In this document: positions 8,202-17,706 of the stretch, in pieces | How the letters are laid out: each line of letters starts with the position of its first letter | How positions within the stretch are numbered: the first letter of the stretch is position 1 | Assembly (NCBI GenBank): GCA_963674735.2 | Contig: CAXXQS010000003.1 | Span: 132,174-196,173 of the forward strand | Length of the DNA stretch: 64,000 bases | Source of the DNA: Myxococcota bacterium | GTDB lineage: Bacteria; Myxococcota_A; SURF-8 | Direction of reading: 5' to 3' | The notes under the pieces: generated by a model | Seen by the model: the letters and a program-made list of their open reading frames with translations, nothing else | Databases searched by the model: none | What the model was told of the DNA's origin: nothing | Program-made: the position numbers and the translations under genes

Positions 8202-9359
8202 ATGGACTTCAAGCTGACCGACGAGCAGCGGCTCTTCAAGGAGCAGGTGCTCAAGTTTGCACGCAAGGAGATCGTTCCGCGCGTGCAGGAGCACGAACTG
8301 GCGGCGAAATTCGATTTCGAGTCGTGGCGCAAGCTGGGTGAATTTGGTGTTCTGGGACTGCATTTCCCCGAAAAATTCGGCGGGTCGGGAGCCGATGTGA
8401 TCACCTGCGTTCTGGCCGGTGAAGCCTTGGGCGAAGCGGGCGTGGATGGGGGCTTGACCCTCAGCTACGGAGCCCACTCGTTTCTGTGCGCCGACACTAT
8501 CTACGCCCACGGCAACGATGCCCAGCGTGAAAAATACCTGCCCAAGCTCATCACCGGTGAATGGATCGGCTGCATGGGTCTTACCGAACCGGGGGCGGGT
8601 TCGGACGTGGCTGCTCTGCGCACACGTGCCGAAAAAGTGGACGGCGGCTACCGACTGACCGGCAGCAAGATGTTCATCACCAACGGATCGATCGCCGATG
8701 TGGCGGTGATCTACGCCAAAACCGATCCCAAGGCCGGTCATGCGGGCATCTCGGCGTTCATCGTCGAGAAAGGCACCCCCGGTTTCACGGTGTCGAAGAA
8801 TCTGCACAAAATGGGCGTGCGCACCTCGCCCACATCCGAACTGGCTTTCGACAACTGCTTCGTGCCCGCCGAGAATCTGATCGGCTTCGAGGGCGCGGGC
8901 TTTCTGATGTCGATGCAGACGGTCGAATGGGACCGCAGCGCGCTGCTTGCGCCCATGCTCGGGTCGTTGCAATACGTGATGGAAAAATGCCTGCGCTATG
9001 CCCAGGAGCGCGAGCAGTTCGGCAGGCCCATCGCCGCCTTCCCGGCCATCAAACACAAAATCGCCAACCTGAAAATCGTGCTCGAAGCGGCGCGTCCACT
9101 GATCTACCGCATCGCCTGGTGCAAGGATCAGGGCAAGCCGTTGAGCCACCTGGAAGCCGCCATCGCCAAGCTGTTCATCGCCGACTGGTCGCTTGCGCCG
9201 CTCAACGACGCGGTGATTCTGCATGGCGGTTATGGGTACTGTCATGAGTATGACGTCGAACGGGTGCTGCGCGACAGTCGTCTGGCCCCCATCGGCGGCG
9301 GGACTTCCGACATCCAGAAAATGATCATTTCCAAGCTGATGGCGGGAGGTGGAGCATGA
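8202..9359 (+). CDS. acyl-CoA dehydrogenase (isovaleryl-CoA dehydrogenase-like)
   Basis: 385 aa with the ACAD motifs 'GCMGLTEPGAGSDV', 'GSKMFITNG' and 'APIGGGTSDIQKMIISK'. The context is MCCase genes. Confidence 0.9.
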   Translation: MDFKLTDEQRLFKEQVLKFARKEIVPRVQEHELAAKFDFESWRKLGEFGVLGLHFPEKFGGSGADVITCVLAGEALGEAGVDGGLTLSYGAHSFLCADTIYAHGNDAQREKYLPKLITGEWIGCMGLTEPGAGSDVAALRTRAEKVDGGYRLTGSKMFITNGSIADVAVIYAKTDPKAGHAGISAFIVEKGTPGFTVSKNLHKMGVRTSPTSELAFDNCFVPAENLIGFEGAGFLMSMQTVEWDRSALLAPMLGSLQYVMEKCLRYAQEREQFGRPIAAFPAIKHKIANLKIVLEAARPLIYRIAWCKDQGKPLSHLEAAIAKLFIADWSLAPLNDAVILHGGYGYCHEYDVERVLRDSRLAPIGGGTSDIQKMIISKLMAGGGA

Positions 9360-10417
9360 ATTACGAACGGAACGAACACGAGCAAGCCTGGCTCGATGCC
9401 GTCAAACCCCTGAAAGGGCAACTTGAAACTCTGAAAGCCGATAGCTCTTCGGAAGAATGGGGCCAGGCCGCTTTGTCTTGCATTCGGGCTTTGCAGGCGC
9501 GAGACCCCAAAACCCCCGATTGGCGACCCGATCTGGGCGTTGTGGTCGCGCTGATGGATCTCTCGACGGTCTCCGCATCCGTCGGTATGGCGTGGCTGGT
9601 GCAACGTCTGGCGGTCCAACTGGCGCAAACGCTGGAGACGTCCGAGTGGGCGGAGGCGGCCGAATCATTCAAAGCGGGAGAAAATCTGGTGGCGTTGGCC
9701 ATCGGCCCGACCGATGCGACCTTGACGATTCAAGCCGACGGTTCCGCGCGTTTGACCGGTGTGTGGGAATGCGTCCCCAATGCAGCCGCGGCCGAGCGTT
9801 TGCTGGCGATCGTTCAAGGCGACGAGGGCCCGGAGTTGGTCTCGATCGATGCCAAAGCGGTGGGCGTCGCCCTTTCTCAAACCGCGTCGAGCTTGATGGG
9901 CAGCGCGGATATACGAGCCGAGGATGTCGCGATTGCGGCGGACTGCCGGGCTGCGTTCAAGGCGTCGTCGGATCTGCGCCGAGCCTGGAATCTGGGTTTG
10001 GCGGCGGTGGCCACCGGCCTGATGCGTCATGCGATGGCGGTGTTGCAAGGTTTCAGCGCCGTGGCCAAGGAAGGCGCAAAGCCGCTGGCGGCCGATCAGA
10101 ATGTCCGCTACACCCTGGCGGAATTGCTGACGCGCGTCCAGACGGCCGAGTTGTTCGTCGCGCGCGCCGCCTGGCTGGGCCGCGAGGGCGATTTCGAGGC
10201 CGAGACGGTCGGGATGGCCGTGAAGGCGTTTGTGTCGGATGAGGTTCAGACGGTAACGACCATCGTGCATCAAATCGCCGGACGCGCAGCAGGGGGCCGT
10301 GGCGGATTTTTCACGCAGGCGCTGAGCGAAGCGGCCACCCTGGCTGTCAGCGGAACCACCGCCGATAAGGCGCGTAGCGCGATTGCGGATGATCTTCTAG
10401 CTCGTTACGAGGTATGA
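9356..10417 (+). CDS. divergent acyl-CoA dehydrogenase-like protein (possible non-catalytic partner subunit)
   Basis: 353 aa with ATGA overlaps at both ends. It has the ACAD three-domain layout with a weak C-terminal similarity ('QNVRYTLAELLTRVQTAELFVARAAW', 'SGTTADKARSAIADDLL') but degenerate FAD/substrate motifs. Confidence 0.6.
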   Translation: MNYERNEHEQAWLDAVKPLKGQLETLKADSSSEEWGQAALSCIRALQARDPKTPDWRPDLGVVVALMDLSTVSASVGMAWLVQRLAVQLAQTLETSEWAEAAESFKAGENLVALAIGPTDATLTIQADGSARLTGVWECVPNAAAAERLLAIVQGDEGPELVSIDAKAVGVALSQTASSLMGSADIRAEDVAIAADCRAAFKASSDLRRAWNLGLAAVATGLMRHAMAVLQGFSAVAKEGAKPLAADQNVRYTLAELLTRVQTAELFVARAAWLGREGDFEAETVGMAVKAFVSDEVQTVTTIVHQIAGRAAGGRGGFFTQALSEAATLAVSGTTADKARSAIADDLLARYEV

Positions 10418-10418
10418 G

Positions 10419-12035
10419 ATGAATGTGATCGAAAGCCGGATCGATACCGGCAGCGACGAATTCAAGCAGAATGCCGAGGCCATGCAAACCCTGGTGGCCG
10501 ATCTCAAGGAACAGTTGCGTATCGCCCGCGATGAGCGCTCGGAGAAGGCGCGCAACCGCAATGCCGAGCTGGGCAAGCTGACCGTGCAGGAACGGCTCGA
10601 CCGTCTGCTGGACCGCAACACCCCCTGGCTCGAACTGGCTCCGCTGGCCGCCAAAGGCATGTACGACGGCAAGGTCCATAGCGCGGGCAGCCGCGCCGGG
10701 ATCGGGCGTGTGGCGGGGCGCGAGGTGATGATCCTGGCCAACGATCCCATGATCAAAGGCGGCACCGTCTACCCCATGGGCGTCAAAAAGACGCTACGCA
10801 TGCAGACCATCGCTATGGAAAACAACCTGCCGATGATCAACCTGATCGATTCGGGCGGGGCCTTCTTGCCTTTGCAGTCGGAGATTTTTCCCGACATCGA
10901 CGATGGTGGGCGCATCTTTTACAATCAGGCCATTTTGTCCAAAATGAACATTCCGCAGGTCACTGCCGTGATGGGATTGTGCACCGCCGGGGGTGCGTAC
11001 ATCCCCGCCATGTCCGATCACGTGGTGCACGTGAAAAAGACCGGCGCCATTTTTTTGGGCGGTCCGCCGCTGGTGTTGGCGGCCACCGGGGAGCAGGTGA
11101 GTGCCGAGGACTTAGGCGGGGCGTACGTGCACTGCGCCGAGTCGGGCGTGTCGGATTATATGGCCGAGGACGACGCGCACGCTATCGAGATGGTACGCGA
11201 TATCATGGCCATGCAGCCGCGCAAGCCCCGGGCGGTGATCCCCACTCGGGCGGCGAAAGATCCGCTCTACGAAGCCTCCGAAATCTACGGGGTGGTTCCC
11301 GAGAAACTGTCCACCGCCTACGACGTGCGCGAGTTGATTGCACGGATGGTGGACGGCTCGGAGTTCCACGAATTCAAAGCGCTTTTCGGGCCCACGCTGG
11401 TGTGCGGCTGGGCGTATTGGCATGGCTATCTGGTGGGGATTCTGGGGAACAACGGCGTGTTGTTCTCGGAAAGTTCGCAAAAAGCCACCCAGTTCATCCA
11501 ACTGTGCGACCGTCAGGGCATTCCGCTTGTGTTTCTGCAGAACATCAACGGCTACATCATCGGGCGCGATTACGAACGGGGCGGCATCACGAAGGACGGC
11601 CACAAGATGGTTAACGCCGTGGCAACCGCCACCGTACCCAAGTTTACGGTGGTGGTCGGTGCGAGTTTCGGTGCGGGCAACTACGGGATGTGCGGACGCG
11701 CCTACGGACCGCGTTTCATGTGGATGTGGCCCAACGCCAAAATCGGCGTCATGGGCGGCGAACAGGCGGCCGGGGTGCTGGTGACGGTCAAAAACGACCA
11801 GTTGCAGCGCGAAGGACAGCCGCCTCTGCCGGAGGAATTCGTGCAGGCCATCCAGAAACCGATCATCGAAACCGCCGACAAGGAAGGCAACGCGTATTAC
11901 AGCACCGCCAACCTGTGGGACGACGGCATTCTGGACCCGGCCAAAACCCGCGACGCCCTGGGCCTGGCCATTTCGGCCACCCTGAACAAGCCGCTTTCGG
12001 AGCGCATTCAGGGACACGGTACTTTCCGCATGTAG
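10419..12035 (+). CDS. methylcrotonyl-CoA carboxylase beta subunit-type carboxyltransferase
   Basis: 538 aa of the carboxyl-transferase family. Its length and its N-terminus ('DEFKQNAEAMQTLVADLKEQL', 'RNRNAELGKLTVQERLDRLLD') are typical of MccB/LiuB. Confidence 0.9.
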   Translation: MNVIESRIDTGSDEFKQNAEAMQTLVADLKEQLRIARDERSEKARNRNAELGKLTVQERLDRLLDRNTPWLELAPLAAKGMYDGKVHSAGSRAGIGRVAGREVMILANDPMIKGGTVYPMGVKKTLRMQTIAMENNLPMINLIDSGGAFLPLQSEIFPDIDDGGRIFYNQAILSKMNIPQVTAVMGLCTAGGAYIPAMSDHVVHVKKTGAIFLGGPPLVLAATGEQVSAEDLGGAYVHCAESGVSDYMAEDDAHAIEMVRDIMAMQPRKPRAVIPTRAAKDPLYEASEIYGVVPEKLSTAYDVRELIARMVDGSEFHEFKALFGPTLVCGWAYWHGYLVGILGNNGVLFSESSQKATQFIQLCDRQGIPLVFLQNINGYIIGRDYERGGITKDGHKMVNAVATATVPKFTVVVGASFGAGNYGMCGRAYGPRFMWMWPNAKIGVMGGEQAAGVLVTVKNDQLQREGQPPLPEEFVQAIQKPIIETADKEGNAYYSTANLWDDGILDPAKTRDALGLAISATLNKPLSERIQGHGTFRM

Positions 12036-12042
12036 GTGAGCC

Positions 12043-13542
12043 ATGTTTCGTAAATTATTGATCGCCAATCGCGGCGAAATCGCCATTCGCATCATGCGCA
12101 CGGCCCGCGAGATGGGCATCGCCACCGTGGCCGTTTATTCCGAGGCCGACCGCCGCTCGCCCCATGTGGATGCGGCGGACGAAGCGGTTTTCATCGGCGC
12201 TTCCGAGCCTGCGGCGAGTTATTTGAATATCGAGACCCTCATCCGGGCCGCAAAGGATTGCGGTGCCGAGGCCATTCATCCGGGTTACGGCTTTTTGAGC
12301 GAAAACCCGGATTTCGCCGCGCGAGTCGCGGAAGAAGGACTGATTTTCGTCGGTCCGTCGTCCGAGGTGATGCGAAAGCTGGGCGACAAGATGTCGGCTT
12401 CGGCCATCGCCGAAGCTTGCGGAGTTCCCACCGTTCCCGGCCATCGCGAAACGGGTTCCGACAGCGAGGCGCTTTTGAAGGCGGCGGCGGATATCGGCTT
12501 TCCGTTGTTGGTCAAGGCCAGTGCGGGCGGGGGCGGCAAAGGCATGCGTTTGGTACGCAACCACGATGAGCTGCCCGATGCCTTGGCACTGGCCGCCGGA
12601 GAGGCGCAGACCGCCTTCGGTGACGGGACGGTATTTTTGGAGCGCTACCTGGAAAAGGCGCGCCACGTGGAAATCCAGATACTGGCGGACACCCACGGAA
12701 ACGCGTTGCATCTCAACGAACGCGAATGCTCCATCCAGCGCCGTCATCAGAAAATCATTGAAGAAACGCCTTCGGTCGCCCTCGATCCCGATTTACGCCA
12801 ACGGATGGGGGAGGCGGCGGTGGCCTTGGTCAAAGGTTCGGGCTATGTGAATGCGGGGACGGTCGAGTTCCTGTTGGACGAGTCGGGGCGGTTTTACTTC
12901 CTTGAAGTGAATACGCGCTTGCAGGTGGAGCACGGCGTCACCGAACTGGTAACGGGGCTGGATCTGGTGCGCCAGCAATTGCGCATCGCGGCGGGGGAGG
13001 CGTTGGAAATCTCCCAGGCCGATGTGCAGCCGCGCGGCCATGCGCTGGAATGCCGCATCTATGCCGAAGATCCCGAGGCGGGTTTCATGCCGTCGCCCGG
13101 ACGCGTTTTGTATGCCCGGGCTCCACACGGTCCCGGTCTGCGCCTCGACAGCGGCATCCGTAGCGGGACGGACGTCTCCGTGCATTACGATCCCATTCTG
13201 GCAAAATTGATGGTACACGCCGAGAACCGTCCCGCCGCCATTGCGCGGATGGTCGAGGCACTGAAAAACTGCGTGGTGCTGGGCGTCAAAACCCCCATCG
13301 CCTATATGATCGACGTGCTGCAGTCCGAGCCGTTTCGGCAAGGCGACACCTTTACCCGATTTTTAGAAGAGCATTTCGCCGAGTGGCAGCCGAGAAGCGG
13401 CGATGAAAACCTGTTTACCGCCGCCCATGCGCTGGTCCTGGAAATGGGCACCGGTGCGACGGCGGGCATCGGGGACGGTGTTGCGGCTGAAAGCGGACCC
13501 GATCCGTGGACGCGTATCGGCCGCTGGGATCTGATTTCCTAG
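12043..13542 (+). CDS. biotin carboxylase subunit (acyl-CoA carboxylase alpha, lacking the BCCP domain)
   Basis: 'MFRKLLIANRGEIAIRIMRTAREMGI' plus an ATP-grasp region and 'EVNTRLQVEHGVTE'. It ends before any biotinyl domain. Confidence 0.9.
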   Translation: MFRKLLIANRGEIAIRIMRTAREMGIATVAVYSEADRRSPHVDAADEAVFIGASEPAASYLNIETLIRAAKDCGAEAIHPGYGFLSENPDFAARVAEEGLIFVGPSSEVMRKLGDKMSASAIAEACGVPTVPGHRETGSDSEALLKAAADIGFPLLVKASAGGGGKGMRLVRNHDELPDALALAAGEAQTAFGDGTVFLERYLEKARHVEIQILADTHGNALHLNERECSIQRRHQKIIEETPSVALDPDLRQRMGEAAVALVKGSGYVNAGTVEFLLDESGRFYFLEVNTRLQVEHGVTELVTGLDLVRQQLRIAAGEALEISQADVQPRGHALECRIYAEDPEAGFMPSPGRVLYARAPHGPGLRLDSGIRSGTDVSVHYDPILAKLMVHAENRPAAIARMVEALKNCVVLGVKTPIAYMIDVLQSEPFRQGDTFTRFLEEHFAEWQPRSGDENLFTAAHALVLEMGTGATAGIGDGVAAESGPDPWTRIGRWDLIS

Positions 13543-13560
13543 GCGGCGAGAGGATAAACC

Positions 13561-14085
13561 ATGTCGTTTGAACTGGAAGTGATCAAGGGAAGCGTCGAGA
13601 TGGAGCGCGCCGAAGACGGATTGGGCTGGCGGCTGCGCCTCGACGACGACGAGCTGCTGGCCGTCCCGGATGCGGGCGACCCGCAACGCTTTGTGCTGAC
13701 CCGCGCGGGACAAGCGCACACCGTGTATGCGGTGGGCGCGAAAGACGGTGTGTGGGTGTGGCACGACGGAACGGCGCGGCTGGTACGTGAACGGCGTGCA
13801 GGTACGCGTTCTGCAGGCGGTGAGTCGGAAGCGGGTGAGGTTACGCCGCCCATGCCGGGCGTGGTGGTGCGCGTTTTGTGCGAGCCGGGCCAAAGTGTGA
13901 AAAAAGGTCAGGATCTGGTGGCCATCTCCGCCATGAAAATGGAAAGTGTATTGAAGGCCCCGCGTGCCGGGACGGTTGCGGCCGTTCGTGCGGTGGTCGG
14001 CGAACAGGTCAAGCCGGGCGACGTGTTGGTAGAGTTCGAACCGGAGGCGGACGCCGCCGATGCGAAGGGAGGCTCCGATGAGTGA
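13561..14085 (+). CDS. biotin carboxyl carrier protein (stand-alone biotinyl domain)
   Basis: The C-terminal 'GQDLVAISAMKMESVLKAPRAGTV' carries the AMKM biotinylation motif. Confidence 0.8.
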   Translation: MSFELEVIKGSVEMERAEDGLGWRLRLDDDELLAVPDAGDPQRFVLTRAGQAHTVYAVGAKDGVWVWHDGTARLVRERRAGTRSAGGESEAGEVTPPMPGVVVRVLCEPGQSVKKGQDLVAISAMKMESVLKAPRAGTVAAVRAVVGEQVKPGDVLVEFEPEADAADAKGGSDE

Positions 14086-14851
14086 AAAGGAACTGCTGTT
14101 CGAACGACGCGGCCGCAGTGCCTGGTTGACGCTCAACCGGCCGGAACGGCGCAATGCCATCAGTCCGGGCATGATCGCCGCCTTCAACGACGCGCTCGAC
14201 GAAATCGAGGCGGACGACGAGTTCCGTTCGGTGTGCATCACCGGCGCGGGCGATAAAGTCTTCTGTTCCGGGGCAGACCTGATGGGCGGCTTCGGCGGCG
14301 GGACACCGGTTGAGGCGGCCAAAGCCTATGCGGCGTTGCTGAAACGGCTGGTGGGCTTTTCACGTCCTCTGCTGGCGCGGCTCAACGGCCATTGTCTGGC
14401 CGGTGGAATGGGGTTGATGCTGGCCTGCGATATCATCTACGCCCGCGCGGGGGTGCGTCTGGGGACGCCGGAAGTGGGGGTGGGCTTGTTCCCCATGATG
14501 ATCGGGGCGCTGATTTTCCGTAGCGCCCAACGGCAAAAAGCTCTGGAAATGGTCTATACAGCCAAGCAGATCGAGGCGGCGGAAGCCGAAAAAATGGGTC
14601 TGCTCACGCGCGTTTATGCGCCCGACGACTTCGATGCCGCCGTGGAAGAGACCTTGGAGGCGATCAACAACAACGCTCCGCGCGCCATCGCCATCGGGCG
14701 TCAGGCCTTCGTGCATGCCGAAGAAATGGGGCTCAATGCCGGGCTCGACTATCTGTGCGAGCAACTCGGCGTGGTGCTCGCAACCGAAGACGCCGCCGAG
14801 GGAATGAGCGCCTTTTTCGCGAAACGTAAACCCGAATGGAAAAACAGCTGA
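14078..14851 (+). CDS. enoyl-CoA hydratase/isomerase (methylglutaconyl-CoA hydratase-like)
   Basis: ATG at 14078 follows the SD 'gggagg'. Crotonase motifs 'LNRPERRNA', 'VFCSGADL' and 'GHCLAGGMGLMLACD'. Confidence 0.85.
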   Translation: MSEKELLFERRGRSAWLTLNRPERRNAISPGMIAAFNDALDEIEADDEFRSVCITGAGDKVFCSGADLMGGFGGGTPVEAAKAYAALLKRLVGFSRPLLARLNGHCLAGGMGLMLACDIIYARAGVRLGTPEVGVGLFPMMIGALIFRSAQRQKALEMVYTAKQIEAAEAEKMGLLTRVYAPDDFDAAVEETLEAINNNAPRAIAIGRQAFVHAEEMGLNAGLDYLCEQLGVVLATEDAAEGMSAFFAKRKPEWKNS

Positions 14852-14893
14852 TCGGCCGGATTGCGATCCCGCCGCTTGTGAAAGGAGCCGACC

Positions 14894-15778
14894 ATGTGGA
14901 TGTGGGCGAAACAAAACCAGGATATTTCGAGGCCATGCATGATCACCTGCGCGCTCTCGGGCGTGGTGGCCAATCGTGCCCAGTGCGCGGCGATTCCGTA
15001 CACGCCGGAGGAATACGCCGCCGAGGCCAAACGCGCCTATGAAGCCGGAGCGGCGGCGGCGCACATTCATGCCCGCACGCCGGAGGGCGCACCGAGTTAC
15101 GAAGTGGAAGACTACCGCAACATCTACGAGGCCGTCACCGACGCCTGTCCCATCATCATCAACTTTTCGACCGGCGCCATCAACATCACCACCGAGCAGA
15201 AAACGCAGCATATCACGGCCGTCAAACCGGCGGTGGGCGCGCTGAACATGGGCTCCATGAACTACGCCAAATACAATGCCAGGCGCAAGGACTTCGTGTT
15301 CGAATTCGTGTTTCCGAATCCCTTCCACGAGATCGTGGAGATCGTCAAGGCCATGAATGCGGTGGGAACCAAACCGGAAATGGAATGCTTCGATCTGGGC
15401 CACATCGGCAATTCGTACCCGCTGCTCGACATGGGCCTGCTCAAACCGCCGTATCAGTACAGCCTGATCATGGGTGTTTTGGGCGGTGTGCCGCCGACCG
15501 TCCCCAACCTGGTGAAGATGGTGGAGCAGCTGCCGCCCGAGAGCGATTGGGAACTCATTGGCATCAGCCACGACCAATGGCGCATGGTGGCGGCGGCGAT
15601 TTCGCTGGGGGGCAACGTGCGTGTGGGTCTGGAAGACAATTTCTATGTGAGTCCCGGTGAAATGGCGACGTCCAACGGCGATCTGGTGGCCAAAGCGGCG
15701 CGTATGGTGCGCGACCAGGGCCGCGAAGTGGCCACCGTCGAACAGTGCCGCGAGCGTCTGGGGCTGGTCCATACCTGA
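14894..15778 (+). CDS. beta-keto acid cleavage enzyme (BKACE / DUF849, 3-keto-5-aminohexanoate cleavage enzyme family)
   Basis: 294 aa. 'MITCALSGV...IPYTPEEYAAEAKRAYEAGAAAAHIHAR' and 'NVRVGLEDN' are typical of the BKACE TIM barrel. A strong SD 'aaggag' precedes 14894. Confidence 0.8.
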   Translation: MWMWAKQNQDISRPCMITCALSGVVANRAQCAAIPYTPEEYAAEAKRAYEAGAAAAHIHARTPEGAPSYEVEDYRNIYEAVTDACPIIINFSTGAINITTEQKTQHITAVKPAVGALNMGSMNYAKYNARRKDFVFEFVFPNPFHEIVEIVKAMNAVGTKPEMECFDLGHIGNSYPLLDMGLLKPPYQYSLIMGVLGGVPPTVPNLVKMVEQLPPESDWELIGISHDQWRMVAAAISLGGNVRVGLEDNFYVSPGEMATSNGDLVAKAARMVRDQGREVATVEQCRERLGLVHT

Positions 15779-15816
15779 CCCGATGGCCCGCTGGCCAAGC
15801 GAGTGAGGAAACAGCC

Positions 15817-16653
15817 ATGATCGACTGGCAACGGCGACCGGATGCGCCCGTCCGCGTGGATACGCACATTCATCTGTTTCCCGAAAGATTGTTTGCGGCC
15901 ATTCGGGGCTGGTTCGCGCGCGTGGGATGGGAAATCCCGTATCCTTACAAAACCGAAGACGTCCTCGCCCTGCTCAAGGGCTGGGGCGTCGAGTGCGCCT
16001 GGGCGTTGACCTATGCCCATCGCGCCGGTGTGGCGGAGGGTGTGAACGCTTGGCTGGGGGAGTGGTGTCGGCGCGAGCCGATGCTGCGCGGTTTTTTCTC
16101 GGTGCACCCGGACGACGCATCCCCCACGCAACTGGCCGAACGCGCTTTGGATCTTCACGGCTTGCACGGCTTGAAGCTGCACGCCGAGGTGCAGAAATTA
16201 TCCGTGGACGACGCGCGGCTCGACGGCGTGTTCGATCTGTTGGAGGAGCGCGGTCGGCCTTGCGTCCTGCACTCGGGCGATGCACCGTATCCCTTCACAC
16301 AACCGAATCTGGATGTCGCGCGGGTGCACGAACGCCTGCGCCGCAACCCGCAGCTGCTGACCGTTATCGCGCACCTGGGGGCTTTTCAGACTCCGCAGTA
16401 CCTGGCGTTGACGCGCGAGTATCCGAACCTGTATCTGGAGGTGTCGTTCACCAATTACCCCGGTATCGAGTCGCGGGTACCGCTCGATTACCCGAGCCTG
16501 GAACCCTTCGCCGACCGCCTGTTGTTCGGTTCGGATTTTCCGAACATCACCTTCAGCTATGCCGATCAGGCCGATGCCTGGTGGGCTTTCGAGTGGGTGA
16601 AACGGGACGCCGAGGCTTTTTTCGGCGGACGAGCTCGGCACATCCTGTCGTGA
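15817..16653 (+). CDS. amidohydrolase-2 family metal-dependent hydrolase
   Basis: ATG at 15817 follows the SD 'gaggaa'. It has the 'VDTHIHLFP' metal-binding HxH, 'KLHAEVQ', 'HLGAF' and 'LLFGSDFP' motifs. Confidence 0.75.
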   Translation: MIDWQRRPDAPVRVDTHIHLFPERLFAAIRGWFARVGWEIPYPYKTEDVLALLKGWGVECAWALTYAHRAGVAEGVNAWLGEWCRREPMLRGFFSVHPDDASPTQLAERALDLHGLHGLKLHAEVQKLSVDDARLDGVFDLLEERGRPCVLHSGDAPYPFTQPNLDVARVHERLRRNPQLLTVIAHLGAFQTPQYLALTREYPNLYLEVSFTNYPGIESRVPLDYPSLEPFADRLLFGSDFPNITFSYADQADAWWAFEWVKRDAEAFFGGRARHILS

Positions 16654-16786
16654 CGCCCGGCTGTCACGACTGCGCGCAGTTGTGCGATACCCACGACCGT
16701 TTAACCGGCTGCCGCGCTTGACTTTCTTCCCATCCGGGGACACAATCGCGGCGGATATCGAAAAGAAATGACCGAGGAGAGGAATT

Positions 16787-17701
16787 ATGTCGTTTGAAAC
16801 GATGCGCTGGATCGACCACTCGGACAATCCGCTGATCGAACCGGTGCGACCCGACTGGATGATTGCCGATCCCTGCGTGCTGACCCCCGAGCAAACCCCG
16901 GACGGCCAGTGGCATCTGTTCGCCAACGCCATCATTCAAGGCTTGCAGCACTACGTTTCGGATGACGGCCTGCGCTGGGAGCGCATCGGCAAGAAGCTGT
17001 TTACCGGGATCCGTCCGTACGTGTTTCGCGAAAACGGCGAGTATTTTCTCTTTTACGAAAAACCGGCCCTGCCGCTGGGCTCCGTGATCGCCATGAGCCG
17101 TTCGACCGATCTGACGAACTGGAGCGATCCGGTGGCGGTGTGTCGTCCCGAATTCCCCTGGGAGGGCCGTGTGCTGCGCACCAACGGCAATCCCTGCTTG
17201 GTGAAACACGAGGGCCGTTACCGTTTATATTTTGCGGCAAGCTGGGTGTTTTTGCCCGACTGCCTGTTCATCGAGCCGCGCTATATCGGCGTGGCCGAGG
17301 CCGAGCGCATCGAGGGACCGTATGTCAAACGTCCCGAACCGCTGCTCGGACCGTCCGAGGATCCCGCCTTTCGCAACATGGGGGCCGGATCGATGAAGGT
17401 GATTCCGCCCGCACCGGGCTCGGACCTGTGGTACGCCTTCAACAACGGCATTTTCAAGGACGCCGAGGGACACTCGCGTTCCGAAATCTATCTGCTAAAA
17501 TCGACCGATGGTTACGACTGGGAGTTGGCGTTGCCCGATCCACTGATCAAGCCCGAGCCGCAAGGCTGGAAGCGGGCGCTGGTCTACGCTATGCACGTGA
17601 TCGAATATCAAGGCCAGTGGCGCATGTACTACAACGCCCGCAGCGGCTGGTTTATCGGCAAGGAGCGCATCGGCTTGGCGCTGGGGGAAGAAAAACCGTA
17701 G
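16787..17701 (+). CDS. five-bladed beta-propeller glycosidase-like protein (GH43/GH130/DUF377-like)
   Basis: 304 aa. 'NPLIEP...DPCVL...WHLFAN', repeated 'YRLYF' / 'WRMYYNA' blades. The family assignment is approximate. Confidence 0.6.
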   Translation: MSFETMRWIDHSDNPLIEPVRPDWMIADPCVLTPEQTPDGQWHLFANAIIQGLQHYVSDDGLRWERIGKKLFTGIRPYVFRENGEYFLFYEKPALPLGSVIAMSRSTDLTNWSDPVAVCRPEFPWEGRVLRTNGNPCLVKHEGRYRLYFAASWVFLPDCLFIEPRYIGVAEAERIEGPYVKRPEPLLGPSEDPAFRNMGAGSMKVIPPAPGSDLWYAFNNGIFKDAEGHSRSEIYLLKSTDGYDWELALPDPLIKPEPQGWKRALVYAMHVIEYQGQWRMYYNARSGWFIGKERIGLALGEEKP

Positions 17702-17706
17702 TCCCC

